DNA from: Podarcis erhardii
Lineage: Eukaryota
Reading direction: 5' to 3' (one strand)
NCBI GenBank assembly: GCA_964252035.1
Contig: OZ176207.1
Length of the DNA stretch: 64,000 nt
Part shown: piece after piece, positions 60,547 through 64,000 of the stretch
How the letters are laid out: the number at the start of each line of letters is the position of its first letter
How positions within the stretch are numbered: the stretch's first letter is position 1
The notes under the pieces: generated by a model
Database searches by the model: none
Told to the model about the DNA's origin: nothing
Seen by the model: only the letters and a program-made list of their open reading frames with translations
Program-made: the position numbers and the translations under genes

Positions 60547-61547
60547 TTCCCTATATCAAGGGCACTACAGATAAAATTAGCAAAATCCTCCATAAACACA
60601 ATATCAAAACAGCCTTTTGCACCAACCAAAAAATAGCCAATATCCTCAGAAACCCCAAGGATAAAATCCAGTTGGAAAACCAAGGGATCTATGAAATACC
60701 CTGCAAAGTCTGCCCAGCCACGTACATTGGACAAACAAACAGACGAATAAATGCACGTATCGCAGAACACAAGAATGCCGTCAAAAAAGAAGAAAAAACT
60801 TCCTCTCTTTTCCAACACATGAAAGAAACAGGACACGAAATTAATTTTGCAGATTCCAAATTGCTCTTTAACACGGAACATCACCACAAGAGAATAATCA
60901 TGGAAGCCATCGAGATAGAGAAACACCCTCACAACATGAACAAGCGTGACGACACATCCCGCTTGCCAGACATCTGGAAATTAGCCCTCCCCACAAAAAC
61001 TGACACCAGATCCAGAGGCACACAGAACGCCAACACCAATCAACCACACCAGACCCAAACCCAGACCCTCTCCACAGATGAATTACAGACACCATCCAGT
61101 AGCCAATCCATGGTAGCACCTCCGGATGCTGCACCCCCCTGCAATCCCTACACAGATCTGGCTGACACAAGCCACAAAACCACAGCTCGCCCCTATACAC
61201 GAAGCCAAGCCAGAGCACAACTAAGTACAGTACAGCCATCTTCTCAGGAAAACTCTTCACAAAGTTCAAGAGGTCAAGACACAAAGACTTTAGCAACTAA
61301 TCCACACCTAATGACCCACCTAAGTGGTACTCAGGATATCACTCAAGAAATCACTCAAGATATCTCTCAAGTAATTAAGGAACAAAAGAAGAAAAGGCAC
61401 ACTAGCCTGGGAACTTCCTCTCTGCCCAGAACATTGGAGGCTATACACCACACCCCCTCTACAGTATTTATAGGAACTCAAACACTGAGATCCTGCTCTG
61501 TTCCAGTAACAAGAAGCCGAAAGCACCAGCCTGAAGATGACGAGTGA
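60546..61547 (+). pseudogene. Inverted duplicate of the PLE ORF 3' part (linker + GIY-YIG + C-terminal tail)
   Basis: The translation from LPYIKG to QPEDDE is identical to the minus-strand ORF. The first codons of track ORF 60507 are antisense RT sequence, not a true start. Confidence 0.9.
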
Positions 61548-61570
61548 GACCTCGTCGAAACGTCGCCTAG
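61525..61570 (+). ncRNA. Minimal type I hammerhead ribozyme motif in the PLE pseudo-LTR
   Basis: CTGAAGA (61531-61537), extra T, stem II GACGAG-tgagac-CTCGTC (61539-61556), GAAA (61557-61560), then CGTC. Stem III is minimal and palindromic; stem I is weak. Confidence 0.7.
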
Positions 61571-62661
61571 ACACCCCAACTTTTACACGGGAAGACACCC
61601 GAGGACACCAAAACCTGCATTCCTGTACCCGTGAAAATCTACGAAAGCAAATATATATATATATATATATATATGTCCCCACTGAAAAACTACATATACC
61701 AGGATCCTTCAGATGTATCTCTAGAATTCTTTGTTGTCATAATTTTCCTGACAAGCTGTGCTGTGCTTCCCTAGCAGAAGGAGCAGAAGGTCTGAAACAG
61801 CCAGCATCTCTTTTTGATTTCTCCAAGTGTTATCTTCAAGCAACTTTTATGCAAAATTCACACTGAGAAGCTGTCATTTTTAGCTCAGCTTTTGGGGTGA
61901 ATTCATAAATGTTTTCTGCTTCACCTGGCATGACAGGTGCCCACGATTAATAAATGAAAAGAATGGTCAGTTGTGTTGATTAATATGGGAATCAATTCTC
62001 TCCCGCCCCCCCTTTGTACAGCAGCAGATGAATAGATTTATTTTTCTAAACCACAGTGTCAGTTTCCCCCCTCTTTGGGCAGCCTAGCAGTTCATGGCTG
62101 GTAAACACCAGTATAACATTGTTTTAATCCCATGTTCTCTGAATGGTAAATTAAGAAGCACCTCTGTAGAAACAAGGCAGTGTAGCAGCATCAACAGACA
62201 CTCCCTCTTGTCAACACAGGAACTCATACTCTAAAAAGAGGTTTCCACACCACACCCTCCCAGTGGTGGAGCTTCATGCTCTGGCACCGGGAGGCGGAGA
62301 GCAGGCAGGGGCAGGACTGACATGCATCCTGAGGGCGTGGCACACATCCTGGGGGCATGGCACGCCACCTGCAGGGGCGTGGCACCCAGTGTGGGCGGGG
62401 GCAGCTGCGATGGCACCCCACCAGGATCGCGCTGCTCCTCTTCCTCTGCCAGTGTACCCTCCTACAGGAGCTCCAATCCACCCTTGATAAGCGCCTGCTC
62501 TGTTGACCCCACCCTTCTTCCCATTCTGATTTCACTGGTGCAAATGCGTAAGCATAGCAATGGCACATTTTAAAACTCAATCAGTGCAGGGAAGATTTAC
62601 CAGTGATCTTATCTCTGCCCACCAGACATAACTTGTGATAAGATTATACAACAAACCTGGC

Positions 62662-62730
62662 AATAATACTAATACTAATACTAATACTAATACTAATACT
62701 AATACTAATACTAATACTAATACTACTACT
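62662..62730. repeat. (TAATAC)n / (TAC)n tail microsatellite of the L2
   Basis: Direct reading; it abuts the L2 3' end. Confidence 0.9.
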
Positions 62731-64000
62731 AATAAATTTATTATTTATACCCCGCCCATCTGGCTGAGTTTCCCCAGCCACTCTGGGCGGTTTGCAATCA
62801 AGTGTTAAAAACAATACAACATTAAATATTAAAAACTTCCCTAAACAGGGCTGACTTCAGATGTCTTTTAAAGCGAGGATAGCTGCTTATTTCCTTCACA
62901 TCTGAAGGGAGAGCGTTCCAAAGGGCGGGCACCACTACCGAGAAGGCCCTCTGTCTGGTTCCCTGTAACCTCACTTCTCGCAATGAGGGAACCACCAGAA
63001 GGCCCTCAGCGCTGGATATCAGTGTCCGGGCTGAACAATGGGGGTAGAGACGCTCCTTCAGGTATACTGGACCGAGGCCGTTTAGGGCTTTAAAGGTCAG
63101 CACCAACACTTTGAATTGTGCTCGGAAACGTACTGGGAACCAATGCAGATCTCTCAGGACCGGTGTTATGTGGTCCCGGTGGCCACTCCCAGTCACCAGT
63201 CTAGCTGCCGCATTCTGGATTAATTGCAGTTTCCAGGTCACCTTCAAAGGTAGCCCCACGTAGAGCGCATTGCAGTAGTCCAAGCGGGAGATAAAGAGAG
63301 CATGCACCACTCTGGCAAGTCAGTCCGCAGGCAGGTAGGCTCTCAGCCTGCGTACTAGGTGGAGCTGGTAGACAGCTGCCCTGGACACAGAATTAACCTG
63401 CGCCTCCGTGGACAGCTGTGAGTCCAAAATGACTCCCAGGCTGCGCACCTGGTCCTTCAGGGGCACAGTTGCCCTGTTCAGGACCAGGGAGTACCCCACT
63501 CCCACCCGCCCCCTGTCCCCCCAAAACAGTACTTCTGTCTTGTCAGGATTCAACCTCAATCTGTTAGCCGCCATCCATCCTCCAACCACCTCCAGACACT
63601 CACACAGGACCTTCACTGCCTTCGCTGGTTCTGATTTAAAAGAGGTAGAGCTGGGTGTCATCTGCATACTGATGAACACCCAGCCCAAACCCCCTGATGA
63701 TCTCTCCCAGTGGCTCCATATAGATATTAAAAAGCATGGGGGAGAGGACGGAACCCTGAGGTACCCCACAAGTGAGAGCCCAGGGGTCTGAACACTCATC
63801 CCCCAACACCACTTTCTGGACATGGCCCAGGAGAAAGGAGCGGAACCACTTGTATAACAGTGCCCCCAGCTTCCAGCCCCTCTAGACGGTCCAGAAGGAT
63901 GTTATGGTCAATGGTGCCAAAGGCTGCTGAGAGATCCAGCAGAACTAGGAAACAGCTCTCACCTTTGTCCCTAGGCAGTTTTAGTCCCATGGTGAGGCCT
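62731..64000 (-). mobile_element. L2-clade LINE (ORF2 RT and C-terminus, frameshifted), runs off the window edge
   Basis: LVLLDLSAAFGTIDHNILLDRL; HQYADDTQLY by manual translation near 63650-63675; HALFISRLDYCNALYVGLP...HITPVLRDLHWFPV; 3' UTR shared with 41690-41779. Confidence 0.92.

Larger units (their letters stand above)
58359..61650 (-). mobile_element. Penelope-like element (Penelope/Poseidon-type), 5'-truncated, with inverted pseudo-LTR, inserted in (AT)n
   Basis: Minus-strand RT+GIY-YIG ORF plus an inverted near-identical copy of its 3' 1.07 kb (58359-59433 vs 60546-61620). Flanked by (AT)n at ~58317-58360 and ~61651-61674. Confidence 0.95.

Noticed and set aside
58219-61866. Antisense ORFs over the PLE (e.g. 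58683-59081, 59047-59496, 60898-61296)
   Set aside because: Shadow frames of the RT/EN coding strand; they are duplicated only because of the inverted repeat.

Overview
Repeat-rich vertebrate DNA, most likely intergenic or intronic sequence from a squamate reptile. A lacertid such as Podarcis is suggested by the Sauria SINE, BovB, Squam2-like SINE, CR1 and L2 copies (inference from family recognition, no database search). I could not recognise any host protein-coding exon, tRNA, rRNA or CRISPR array. Most short ORFs in the track are chance or transposon-derived. Main content: (1) A ~6.6 kb minus-strand tyrosine-recombinase retrotransposon of the Ngaro type (44001-~50650) with gag, RT, RNase H, YR and an extra SGNH/GDSL hydrolase ORF. 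It also has candidate splice sites, imperfect inverted termini and a GC-rich internal tandem array; this copy is inactivated. (2) A related terminal remnant at 1835-2558. (3) A very young Penelope-like element (58359-61650) inserted in (AT)n, with a ~1.07 kb inverted pseudo-LTR. Each arm carries a hammerhead-ribozyme core overlapping the ORF stop codon. (4) Three solo LTRs with perfect 5-bp TSDs. Two of them (54180-54588, 56111-56522) share an Arg-rich reading frame with an excess of synonymous differences, suggesting an LTR-encoded peptide under selection. (5) Many LINE, SINE and MITE fragments, microsatellites and a 146-nt assembly gap.
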